This document shows positions 1 through 17,679 of a stretch of 64,000 bases of DNA, in pieces (position 1 is the stretch's first letter; each line of letters opens with the position of its first letter). A program made the translations under genes and the position numbers. The notes beneath the pieces were generated by a model. The model ran no database searches. It was not told the DNA's origin and saw only the letters and a program-made list of their open reading frames with translations. Origin of the DNA: Anaeramoeba ignava BMAN (Eukaryota; Protista; Anaeramoebae); contig JAPDFW010000076.1 in NCBI GenBank assembly GCA_028826165.1, positions 1 to 64,000 of the forward strand, in the 5' to 3' direction.

Positions 1-3000
1 CTTTTTAGAAAAACCAAATTAAAAGAACTTTTTAATGAAAAATTAATAATTTATAATAATCCACAAACAGTTAAAGAAAATTTATGTTTAAATCAAAGTC
101 CAGCAAAAATCATAAATCAATCATCACAAATAACAAATATTTATTCGTTTACTAAAAACTAATTTCGAAGATATTATTCATTGCTTAGAGGAATTCAATC
201 ATTTTTATTTAATTCTTGAAATTGATGAGTTATTTGAAGAAGAAAACAAAATTGAAAAAAGAAAACAAAATTAATATAAAAGAATTTTGGAAGAATTTTT
301 AATAATAATTCAAGATATTTTATTAATTAGTTCTGATTTTCAAAAAGAAATGGTTCAAAAACAAGGATTTCAATTATTCAATAATTTAATCAAGCAAATA
401 AATCCAAAATATCTTTCAATTCAAATTTTTAGATTTCATTAATAATTTAAAAAAGCAAATCAAAAAATGATCAATTTAATGGATATTTGAAAACTTACTT
501 AATTTTTGGATTTTGAATATGGAATCGTTTTAAGTTCGAAATTCAATATAAATTATTTTGAAATTGTCCAAATTTTATTAAAAATCAAATTAATACTGAA
601 AATCAAATTCAAAATTCAAAATGAAAATCTAAAAATCTTAATATTAAAATTAAGGGAAAAGGATGAAATATTAAAAATTATTTCTATATTATAAATGAAA
701 TAAAAATATGAAATGAACAATTATCAAAAAATAATTCATCAAATATTACATTTATTGATTTACTTATTTCATTGAATTATTATGATAAAATTTTTTATAT
801 AAAATAAAAACAAAAAGGGAGCAAAAGAAATCTTCAAATTATCAAGAACAAATTATGATAATACCCAAAAATATTTTCACTAATTGAAATTAATTTGGAT
901 ATTATACAAATTTAATTTACAAACCAAATATATTTATTATTTAATTAATACATCTTTCATTTTCGAAAATCAATTTTTTATTGAAAGTATACTTGAAATT
1001 ATTACAAAAATGATAAACAAAAATTATAAAGAATTTTGGAAACAATTATTTTCAGTTAATTTATTCAATTCATTTATTCAAATAATGAAAGAAGCTGAAA
1101 CAACAAAATAATTCAATTATGTCTTGAAATTATTTATTATATTGATATCTCTTTGAATGAAAAATAAAACAATAATTGAAAAATTGGAAAAATTGGAAAA
1201 AGAAATTGAAAAAGAAAAAATTTTCGAAATTGATAAATTTAAAGATATTTATCCTTTAATTCATAATATAATAATTGATGAAAAAGAAAATATTTCAAAA
1301 GATATTATTGATATTCTTTTCAAAATGATGATGATTATGAAAATAGAACTGATACATCTAAATCAAAAATTATTAAAAATCCATTTATTTTCGAAACAAT
1401 TTCTCAACTTTTCATTCAAATACCAAAATTAATTGATATTCAAATTTTGGACAATTTATTTAATTTATTAAAAGAAAATAATTCCAATAAAGAACAAATT
1501 ATTTCACAATTTGGATGGCAACAATGGTTAATTTCTTTACTACATATCGATATTCAAGAATCAAAAAAATATTCAATTAATCAAGAAAATAATTTTGGAA
1601 ATAATAATCAAAATCAAAATCAAAATTCTGAACAAGATGATTTAAATTCAATTATTTCAGAAAATGAAAATCAAAAAGAAATTCAAAATAAAAATGATTT
1701 GAATGAAATTATTTTCAAAATTTTGAATATATTACTTACTTATTCTTTCCTCAATTCATTTTATAATTTTCCAGAAATATTTGAACAATTTATTTCATCA
1801 GTTTATTTAATTAATTTTTCATCAAAAGAAAAAATTCCCAAAATAATTCAAAAAGTATTGAATGATATAATTTTGAATATTATTAAAAATACAAATCAAA
1901 ATGATAAAATGATTCAACAAAAACAACAACAACAAATATTTGATCAATCATTTACCATACTATCAAATATTCAAAATATTTCAAAAGAAAAAACTCTAAA
2001 TAATTTATTTTATTTAATTCAAGTATTAAATGTAGTTATTTTTAATCCATCAAATGATCAATTTCAATTTTACAACCCAGAAAAAAAAGAAAATAAATTT
2101 ATTCAAACAACAGTTTCAAAACAATTTTCAACAATTACAAAAAACAATCAAAAACAACAAAATAGCAATATTATGGAGAATTTTTTTGAATTTGGAAAAA
2201 AAATAGAAATATTTGAAAAAGAAATTGTGAAAAATTTAATTATTTTATTAAAAGAATATGAATTTTTTGAAAAAAAAGGAATTCAATTTGAAAAAAAAGA
2301 TGAAAAAAAAATAACTTACAAAATTATCGTTTTCTTAATTTTATTTACAATTCCAAAATCAGATGTTGAATTAACAAAATTTCTTGTTTCAAAATTAAAT
2401 TATTTAATCAAACAACTCAATTCCAGAAACAAATTATTTAAATATTCAAAAGAATTAATTAAAATATGTTCTTCTTTTTTATTTTCTTATATTCAAAATC
2501 AAAATCAAAATCAAATTCAAAATCAAAATCAAAATCAAAATCAAAATCAAATTCAAAATCAAATTCAAAATCAAATTGAAAATGAAAGAAAAGTAAAAAG
2601 GAATACTTTATTATCATTTTTACAAGTATTAATGCAAGAAAATTATAATTTTCTCTTTCAATTATTTTCAAGTCAAAACAAAAAGAATTCATTACTTCCT
2701 AAAGAATATGCAAATTCATTTATATTTTCACTTCAAAATTCATGAAATTTTGAAAATTTTGAAGAAGAAATAATGAAAGAAAAATGGAAAAAAGCAATAA
2801 AAGATGTTTTCTTTCAAACAAATCAAAAAATTATAGAAGATATACAAGAAAATGAAAAAGAATTTATTAAAATACAATCAAATAATAGTTACTTTTTGAA
2901 ACATTTAATTGATAAAGAAATTCAAAACAAAAAAAAACAAATTGAACCAATTTCAGAAGAATTTGAAAAACAAAAACAAATTCTTATTTTAAAACAAAAA

Positions 3001-5847
3001 GAAAAAATTTTCAAATCAGAAACTAAACAAAGAAGAAAATTAATTAATTTACAAAAATTCAAAAAAATAATTGAAAATTCAATTTCAAGAAAATATCCAT
3101 GGAGTTCAAATTTAATAAGTATTTTCGATTTTAAATTTGAAAAACAAAATTTTATATTAAACTTTTCAGAAATTGAAGATGAAATGAGAAGACAAAAATT
3201 AAAATTTTATTCAAAAATCAAAATCAAAAATCAAAATCAAAATCAAAGAAAGAATTTAAAAAGATTAAATCAAAAATTAAAAGAAAAATAATTAAAAATT
3301 TCAAAAGGAATTATCACAAAAATGTATCTGAAAATGCAAACCAAAATGAAAATCAAAAATACCAAAATCAAAAATAATTATTCATTTTCAACAAAAATGT
3401 GAATTAATTTCAAAAACCAAATTAACAAATGGAATATTTGAATTTACTAAAAATTCAATCAATTTTTACTAATTTTGATTTAGAAAAAGAAAAAGAAAAA
3501 GAAAAAGAAAAGAATTATTCATGGAAAATCGAAATAATTCAATCAATTCATAAAAGAAGATATAATTTAAAAACATTCAGCTTTAGAAATATTTTTGAAA
3601 ATGATAGAAAATGTTTATTTTTCAATTTTTGAAACAACAGAAAAAGAAATGAAATTTATGAAAAATTCAAAAATCATAAATTAGTAAATATTGATTTAAC
3701 AAAAATATAATTATTCAGGAAATCAAACAACAAAATGGGTTAATAAAACAGAAACTACAAAATGGCAAGAAAGAAAAATATCTAATTTTTGAATATATTA
3801 TGTATTTAAATACAATATCAGGAAGAACATATCAAGATCTTTCTCAATATCCAATTTTTCCATGGATTATTTCAGATTATGAATCTAAAAATTAAATCTT
3901 AAAAATCCAAAAACATTTAGAGATTTATCAAGACCTATTGATATGTTAAACAAAAGAATAATTCCTAAAGGAACACATACAAAAGAAAAAGAAAAAGAAA
4001 AAGAAAAAGAAAAAGAAAAAGAAAAAGAAAAAGAAAAATATTATTCAAATAAAGAAATTGTTTCATCTTATTTGATTAGATTAGAACCATTTACTTCAAT
4101 TTGTTTAAAAGAAAAATATTCAATTTTCAAATCAATTCCAAAAACATGGAAAGCAATTAAAGAAATAAATAATAACAATAATAATAATGAAAATGAAAAT
4201 GATAATGATTTTATTGGGGAACTTATTCCAGAATTTTTCCATTTACCAGATTTCTTAAGAAAACCAAAAATATTTAAACATAAAAATAATTTAAATTTAA
4301 ATTCAAATTCAAATTTAAATTCTAATTCAAATCTAAACTTAAATAAAATTGAAGATATTGAACTTCCAAAATGGGCTAAAACACCGGAACATTTTATTCA
4401 AATACAAAAAGAAGCACTTGAATCAGAATATGTTTCACAACATCTTAATGAATGGATTGATTTAATATTTGGATATAAACAAAAAGGAAAGAAGCTAAAA
4501 ACAGATAATTTATTTTGTTCAAATTTATATCAAGAAAATACCAATTTTTCAAAATTGAAAGAAGAAGAAAATTGAAAAATTAAAAAGAAATGAAAAGAAA
4601 AGGACAAATTCCAATTCAATTATTTACAAAAAATCATCCAAAAAGATTAACAAAAGAAGAAATTCAAAAACAAAAATATTATGAATGGAAAGATATTTTA
4701 TTACTAAATGAAACTTTGAATCTCAAGCATTTAAGCTTCAAAATAAGTTCAAATCCAATAATATTTACAAAATTTGTTCCACAACTTTTTGTAAGTTCAT
4801 TTACATCAGTTCCCGATAAAATTATTACACTTGATAAAGAAGGAATTATTGGAAGTCATCAATTTCATATACTTGGTTTTGATCCTTTAAATCCACAATT
4901 CCATTTTACTATTGATAAAAAATTCTTAATCCAAAAAGGAAATAAAAATCAAAATCAAAATCAAATTCAATTTCAAAATCAAATTCAAATTCAAATTCAA
5001 AATCAAAATCAAAATCAAAATCAAATTAAAAATGAAAATCAAAATGAAAATCAAAATAAAATTCAAATTCAAATTCCAGTTCCATTTTCACAAGATTTTG
5101 ATAATTTTGAAGAATGTTTAGAAATTGATAAAAAATCCAGATATTTAATTTCTTGTGGATTTGATGATAATACTTTTAAAATAATTAAAATTGAAAATTG
5201 CGAAATAATTCAAAATATTTCAAAACATAAAGATATTGTAACTTGTTTAAAAATGAATAAAAAATATCTTGTTACAGGATCAAAAGATACAACAGTAATT
5301 GTTTGGGATATTGAAGAACAAAGAAAAAAAAATAAGATTCAAGTCAAAGAAAAACCAAAACATATTTTTTTTGAACATGAAAAAGAGGTTAAAAGTGTCG
5401 CAATTTCAGCTGAATATGATATTGTTTTAAGTGGATCTATTGATGGGAAATTAATATTTCATTCATTAAACAAAGGAAAACTTATTCAATCAATAATTTT
5501 ATCAGATCAAAAACCAATTTCAATTATCAAAAATAACAAAAGAAGGAAATATTATTACATTTTCAGAAAATTCCAAAATATTAAGATTATTTACAATTAA
5601 TGGTTATTTACTAAAAGAAATTGATTATTCTCAAAATATTTATTCAATTTCAATTACTCAAGATTCAAAATTTATATTTTTAGGAGGAGAAAAAGGAATT
5701 TTTGAAATTAGGAATATGTTTGATTTACAATCAATTTTTAATTTTAATTTCGAAAAAACAATTTATTCAATTTCATTGATTGAAAAATTATTTTTAGTTA
5801 TTATTGGATTTGAAAATGGAGAAATCAAAATTTTATCTTTTTTTTAA
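1..5847 (+). pseudogene. BEACH/PH-WD40 (beige/neurobeachin/LRBA-like) protein, 5'-truncated by the window; many frameshifts (pseudogene or uncorrected indels)
   Basis: ORF fragments give PH-BEACH (IHKRRY), BEACH (WQERKIS; [26 protein letters not shown]; YLIRLEPFT; ELIPEFFHLPDFL; IELPKWA; ALESEYVSQHLNEWIDLIFGYKQKG; GQIPIQLF..HPKR) and WD40 repeats (HKDIVTCL..LVTGSKDTTVIVWD). Frames shift repeatedly with no GT-AG introns. Probable terminal TAA at 5845-5847. Confidence 0.85.
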
Positions 5848-5849
5848 AA

Positions 5850-6627
5850 ATGAAAACAATTTAAATTCAAATTAAATTAAACTCAAATTCAAATTCAAAT
5901 TCAAATTCAAAATCAAATTCAAATTCAAATTCAAATTCAAATTCAAAATCAAATTCAAAATCAAAATCAAAATCAAAATCAAAATCAAAATCAAAATCAA
6001 ATTCAAAATCAAATTCAAAATCAAAATCAAAATCAAAATCAAATTCAAATTCAAATTCAAATTCAAATTCAAATTCAAATTCAAAATCAAATTCAAATTC
6101 AAATTCAAATTAAAATTAAAATCAAATTTAAATTCAATTTCAATTTCAATTTCAATTTCAAATTCAAATTCAAATTCAATTTAAAATTCAAATTCAAATT
6201 CAAAATACAAATTCAAATTCAAATTTAAAATCAAATTCAAAATCAAATTCAAATTCAAATCAAAATTCAAATTAAAATTCAAATTTAAATTAAAATTTAA
6301 AATCAAATTCAAAATCAAAATCAAAATCAAAATCAAATTCAAATTGAAAATCAAATTGAAAATCAAAATCAAAATCAAAATCAAAATCAAAATCAAAATC
6401 AAAATCAAAATCAAAATAAAAATTAAAATCAAATTCAAAATCAAATTAAAATTTAAAATCAAATTCAAAATCAAAATTAAGTCCAAAATCAAAATCAAAT
6501 TCAAATTCAAAATCAAAATTAAAATCAAAATCAAAATCAAATTCAAAATCAAATTCAAAATCAAAATTAAAATTTAAATTTAAATTCAAATTCAAATTCA
6601 AAATCAAATTCAAAATTCAAAATCAAA
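5850..6627. repeat. (AAAATC/AAATTC)n hexamer microsatellite between convergent genes
   Basis: Direct reading of the sequence; produces the spurious NL/IK ORFs. Confidence 0.95.
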
Positions 6628-8240
6628 TTAATCATTCTTTTTTTTTATTAAATCTTTCTTTTCTTTTCCATTTTTTTCTTCTCTTTTTATCATTAAAAAC
6701 CAAAAATCTTCTTTTTTAAATTGATGAAAAACAAAAAAAATCCAAAATAAAACAAAATGAATAAAAGAAACAAATTGAATCAAAGAGATCAAAAAAGTTT
6801 TAAGTTGATGAGAAAAAACTAAAAAATAAATGACTTGATTAAAAAACAAAAACAAAATTGAACTAGCAAATAAAAATTTAGAAAGTGGAAAATGGAAATT
6901 AAAAACAACAATTTTTGCTGAAAGAAGAGCAAAAACAATTAAAGAAAAATAATAAGGGATAACAAGATTCTCAATTAAAACCAAAGGGAAAATTGAATAA
7001 GCAGAAACAATAATAAACCAAAACATAAAAAAACCGATTGCTTGGTCTTGAATTAAGAATGTGGAAATTAATAACGGAATAACAATATCAATTTGGCAAT
7101 GATTTGGAAAAGCAAAAAGAAAGAAAGCAAATGAAGTGTTAAAAAGGGAGAGAATAAAAGATCTTCTAGAAGGTTTTTTTATCACATTATAATTAATCGG
7201 AATTGTAATTAGAAGTGTAATTGCAAAAGAGATTTTCTTCAATGGAATGAGGCTTGATTTGAAATGATCGTTTAAAATAAACCATAGATTTGGTGTTCCT
7301 TTTATGCAAACTTGGGGTTCTTTTTGAAATGAGAATAAATTAAGAATTATTTGCAAAAAGTCTTTGAAAGATCGAATAAAAGGAATCCATAAAATAATAA
7401 GTGTTAAAATAAATATAGAAATTACAAAAAAAACATATTTAATTGCTTCTTTTTTGGCGATTTCTTTCCCTAAAATTAAATAAATAAATAAAAATAAAAA
7501 TAAATAAAAATATTAATTAAATTGGTTTGATCAAAAAAAAAGTTCTCATTTTTTTGAACTGGTCAACCTTTTTGATTTAAATTTGTTGTTTTCACAAAAA
7601 AGGCGTTTCCAATAACAATAGAAAAATAAGGAAGAGCAAAAACCCAAATTCTTGAATCAAAACCTAAAGCCAAAGCGAAAATAAAAGAACTCAATTTATG
7701 ATGATTTTCCATCAGCATAATAAAAGATAAAAGAGATAAAGATAAAGAAACGGAATCGTCTTTAAAATGAGCGTGTTCAATTAACAAAAAAACAGGTTGA
7801 ATACACATTGATAGCCATTGGATAACTTTTTTTTGATCATTTAATTCTTCTTCAACTGCTAAAGCAAAAGTTGGAAAGTAAAAAACAAAATCTGCAATTA
7901 AAATTGTCCATCTCATAAAAATTTTAACATTTGAGTTTCTTTTTCCTTCAAATATTTTTGGATTTATATTTTGAGCCATTTTCCCATTAATCCATGAAAA
8001 ATATGCTTTTAAAGGAGGACAATATTTGACAATATTTTCTTTTGAATTTTGAGGTAATTGAAATTTTGAATACCATTCATTTATTGAAATGTTTTTTGAT
8101 GTTGTAATTTTCATCCATTGTTTGTTTGCATCAAAAAATTCAAAAGAAGATTTATTTGATTCATCGAAATACGGATAAGTTGCAATAAAAATTCTAATTA
8201 AAATTGCTACAATTATTGCATTTAAAGATTTCCAAATCAT
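6628..8240 (-). CDS. ALG6/ALG8-family (GT-C) dolichyl-P-Glc glucosyltransferase-like membrane protein, divergent; exons 8240-7568 and 7469-6628
   Basis: Motif remnants ANKQWMKIT..EWY..PPLKAYFSW..G, KIFMRWTILIAD, LLIEHAHF..SVSL, TPNLW. The GT-AG intron 7567-7470 joins the two ORFs in frame. C-terminal KKKND is a KKxx ER-retrieval motif. Confidence 0.8.
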
Positions 8241-8303
8241 TTTGAAAGAAGAAAAAAATGAATTTTTGATTTTTTTTTTTCATTTTTCATTTCTTTCTTT
8301 TTA

Positions 8304-10694
8304 ATGAATAATATTGTTTTGACTGTTGTAAATAACACAAATTCAAATTTTAAATTAATTTTATATCAATTTTATATCAATTTTATATTAATTTTATATC
8401 AATTTTATATCAATTTTAAATAAATTTTATATTAATTTTAAATCAATTTTATATCAATTTTATATTAATTTTATATTAATTTTATATCAATTTTATATTA
8501 ATTTTATATTAATTTTATATCAATTTTAAATCAATTTTAAATCAATTTTATATCAATTTTAAATTAATTTTAAATCAATTTTTTATATTAATTTTTTATC
8601 AATTTTTAAATCAATTTTATATCAATTTTAAAAATCTTAATTTTATATCAATTTTATATCAATTTTATATCAATTTTATATTAATTTTAAATCAATTTTA
8701 AATCAATTTTTAAATCAATTTTAAATCAATTTTAAATCAATTTTATATCAATTTTTATATCAATTTTAAATTAATTTTATATTAATTTAAAATCAATTTT
8801 AAATCAATTTTAAATCAATTTTAAATCAATTTTATCAATTTTATATTAATTTTTAAATCAATTTTAAATCAATTTTTAAATCAATTTTAAATCAATTTTA
8901 AATCAATTTTAAATCAATTTTATATCAATTTTAAATCAATTTTAAATCAATTTTAAATCAATTTTATATCAATTTTATATCAATTTTAAATCAATTTTAT
9001 ATCAATTTTAAATCAATTTTATATCAATTTTAATTTTAAATCAATTTTAAATCAATTTTAAATCAATTTTATATCAATTTTAAATCAATTTTAAATATTA
9101 ATTTTTTATATCAATTTTAAATCAATTTTATATCAATTTTATATCAATTTTAAATTAATTTTAAATCAATTTTAAATCAATTTTTTAAATCAATTTTTAA
9201 ATCAATTTTAAATCAATTTTAAATCAATTTTATATCAATTTTAAATCAATTTTAAATCAATTTTAAATCAATTTTAAATCAATTTTAAATCAATTTTAAA
9301 TCAATTTTAAATCAATTTTAAATCAATTTTATATCAATTTTAAATCAATTTTAAATCAATTTTAAATCAATTTTAAATCAATTTTATATCAATTTTAAAT
9401 CAATTTTATATCAATTTTATATTAATTTTTAAATCAATTTTAAATCAATTTTATATCAATTTTATATTAATTTTATATCAATTTTAAATCAATTTTAAAT
9501 CAATTTTATATCAATTTTATATCAATTTTAAATCAATTTTAAATCAATTTTTATATCAATTTTATATTAATTTTATATCAATTTTAAATCAATTTTAAAT
9601 CAATTTTAAATCAATTTTAAATCAATTTTATATTAATTTTATATCAATTTTATATCAATTTTATATTAATTTTAAATCAATTTTTAAATCAATTTTATAT
9701 TAATTTTATATTAATTTTATATCAATTTTAAATCAATTTTAAATCAATTTTATATTAATTTTATATCAATTTTATATTAATTTTATATTAATTTTATATA
9801 AATTTTATATTAATTTTAAATCAATTTTAAATCAATTTTATATCAATTTTATATCAATTTTAAATCAATTTTAAATCAATTTTAAATCAATTTTAAATCA
9901 ATTTTAAATCAATTTTAAATCAATTTTAAATCAATTTTAAATCAATTTTAAATCAATTTTAAATCAATTTTAAATCAATTTTATATCAATTTTAAATCAA
10001 TTTTAAATCAATTTTAAATCAATTTTAAATTAATTTTATATCAATTTTAAATCAATTTTAAATCAATTTTAAATCAATTTTAAATCAATTTTAAATCAAT
10101 TTTAATTCAATTTTAAATCAATTTTAAATCAATTTTATATCAATTTTAAATCAATTTTATATTAATTTTATATTAATTTTATATTAATTTTATATTAATT
10201 TTATATTAATTTTATATTTATTAAAGGATGCTGGAGTATTTCGATTCAATAAACAAAATGAACTCGAAGTTCTTGTTATTCAAAGAAAAAAAAACCCTTT
10301 CATTGGTTCATTTGCTTTTTGTGGAGGTCATGTAGAAAAAAATGAAGATCCAAAAGATGCTGTAATTAGAGAATTGAAAGAAGAAACAAATTTAGATGGA
10401 ATAAATCCTATTGTTTTTGATGCTAGAGGTGATTTAAATAGAGATCCTAGAGGTCATTATGTATCAATTTTTTATCATGTTGAATTAAAAGATCCTTCAC
10501 AAGAACCTCAAGGAGGAGATGATGCTGCAAAAGCTCTTTTTGTTCCTCTTACAAAAATTCTTGGAAATGATTTGGAAAATCCTCCTCAAAATCCTCCAAA
10601 CAAAGAATCTTTTCTTCCAATTGCTTTTGATCATTATGAAGCTTTTAAAACTTTTTATCAATGGTTAAAGATTAACAAAAAAATCAAAATTTGA
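8304..10694 (+). CDS. Nudix hydrolase (ADP-ribose pyrophosphatase/NadM-NrtR-like); exons 8304-8327 and 10227-10694
   Basis: Spliced product MNNIVLTV|DAGVF..VLVIQRKKNPFIGSFAFCGGHVEKNEDPKDAVIRELKEETNL (Nudix box), then RDPRGHYVS, GGDDAAKA, AFDH. GT at 8328 and AG at 10225-10226 keep the frame. Confidence 0.9.
8350..10215. repeat. 11-bp satellite (ATCAATTTTAA)n with ATCAATTTTAT/ATTAATTTTAT variants filling the Nudix intron
   Basis: Direct reading of the sequence. Confidence 0.95.
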
Positions 10695-10737
10695 AATTAT
10701 CCAAAAATTCTTAATACAAAAATAAATCTAAATTTCT

Positions 10738-11364
10738 TCATTTTGTGATCTTTTCTTTTTTTAAATTTAAAATAATCCAATCACTAATTTTTAGATTTTG
10801 ATTTTGATTTTGATTTTGATTTTGATTTGTTTTTTTTCTTCCTAAAATTTTCCTTAATTTTCCAAAATCAAATTTTTTTTCAAATTCTTTTTCAAATTCT
10901 TTTTCACTTAATTCATGTTTTCTTGATAAAACCATTTCAAATCTTGATTTTAAAAGAGAAAATATAATTTTAAAACAATCTTGAAAATCATTTTCATCAA
11001 AAAGAAAAATTGGATGTTTTTTTTGTAAAATTAATTCAAATTTAAGAAACATTTTAATTGAATTTTGAGAAATTCCTGCTAAAATTATTCCATTTGTAAA
11101 AATATTAAGAAATTTATCAAGATTATTTTTATTCCAAAATTCTTTAAAATTTTCTTTTTCTTTTTCTTTTTCTAAATCAAATTTTGATTGATTAAATTTT
11201 ATAATTTTTATTGAAAGAGATTCTGCTTGAGGAAAAATATAATCAGCTGAAATTTGATTTGAAAATTTAATTTGAAAATGTTTTTCTTTCATTAAATTTG
11301 TAATTGGAGAATTTTCTAAAGAAGAATTAATTATTACAATAAGATTTTGTTCTTTTTTTAACAT
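10738..11364 (-). CDS. Intronless 208-aa protein; candidate ERCC1-like/XPF-fold SPO16 (SCRE/C1orf146)/PTD or FAAP24 relative
   Basis: VIINSSLE..ITNLMKEKHFQIKFSNQISADYIF..LDKFLNIFTNGIIL..DFQDCFKIIFSL resembles, from memory, SPO16/PTD N-terminal domains. A tandem TCA motif lies just before the ATG. Confidence 0.5.
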   Translation of the reverse strand: MLKKEQNLIVIINSSLENSPITNLMKEKHFQIKFSNQISADYIFPQAESLSIKIIKFNQSKFDLEKEKEKENFKEFWNKNNLDKFLNIFTNGIILAGISQNSIKMFLKFELILQKKHPIFLFDENDFQDCFKIIFSLLKSRFEMVLSRKHELSEKEFEKEFEKKFDFGKLRKILGRKKTNQNQNQNQNQNLKISDWIILNLKKEKITK

Positions 11365-11529
11365 TAATGAAAAATGAAAAATAAATTTTGAAATTTTTTT
11401 TTTTAATTAAGATTTTTTATTGTTTTCTGGCGGATCAAGATCAAGATCAAAAAAAAGGAAAAAAAGGAAAAAAAGAAAAAATGAAAAAATGAAAAAATGA
11501 AAAAGAAAATGTTTTTTTGTTTCTTTTTT

Positions 11530-17262
<5,733 letters not shown>

Positions 17263-17679
17263 TTTTTTATTAAAATTATTATTAGAATTAGGATTAGATT
17301 TTTAATTAAAAAATTTATTATTTAAATTGATAATGATAATTAAGAAAAAAAAAAATAAAAGAAAAAAAGAAGAAAAATAAAAAAAAAATAAAAAAAAAAT
17401 TTTTATCATTTTTTATAATTTTTAATAATTTTTCATAATTTTTAATCATTTTTTTTTTCAACAATAATTTTACTTTATTTTTAATATAAAATTAACAAAA
17501 ATTAAAATTATTTCTTTTAATTTAGATTATTTTAAGAAATTTTTCCAAAATAAAAAAGAAGAATTCGAAATAAAAAAAAGAAAAAAAAAATAAAAAATGA
17601 ATTTTAAATGAAAAATTTCAAATCATTTTTTTTAATTCTTTTTAAATTTAAATAATTTGGAATTTTGCAATAAAAAGAA

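Noticed and set aside
2743-2745. In-frame TGA suggesting stop reassignment or selenocysteine
   Set aside because: TGA terminates several clean genes here (Nudix, copine, IFRD, F-BAR, ankyrin), Trp is encoded by TGG, and the surrounding gene is riddled with other disruptions.
5872-6577. Long low-complexity ORFs (NL/IK/FIYL/IIKF/YI/SI types), also at 13756-14926, 16164-16917, 19274-19508, 24670-25811 (+), 38081-39709, 47586-48626 and 58373-58849
   Set aside because: They are stop-free frames of microsatellites within introns or intergenic DNA, or antisense to real genes; no domain content.
11425-11450. TGGCGGAT upstream of the SPO16-like gene resembling the yeast meiotic URS1 site
   Set aside because: Partial match only, and URS1/Ume6 is fungal-specific; no supporting evidence.
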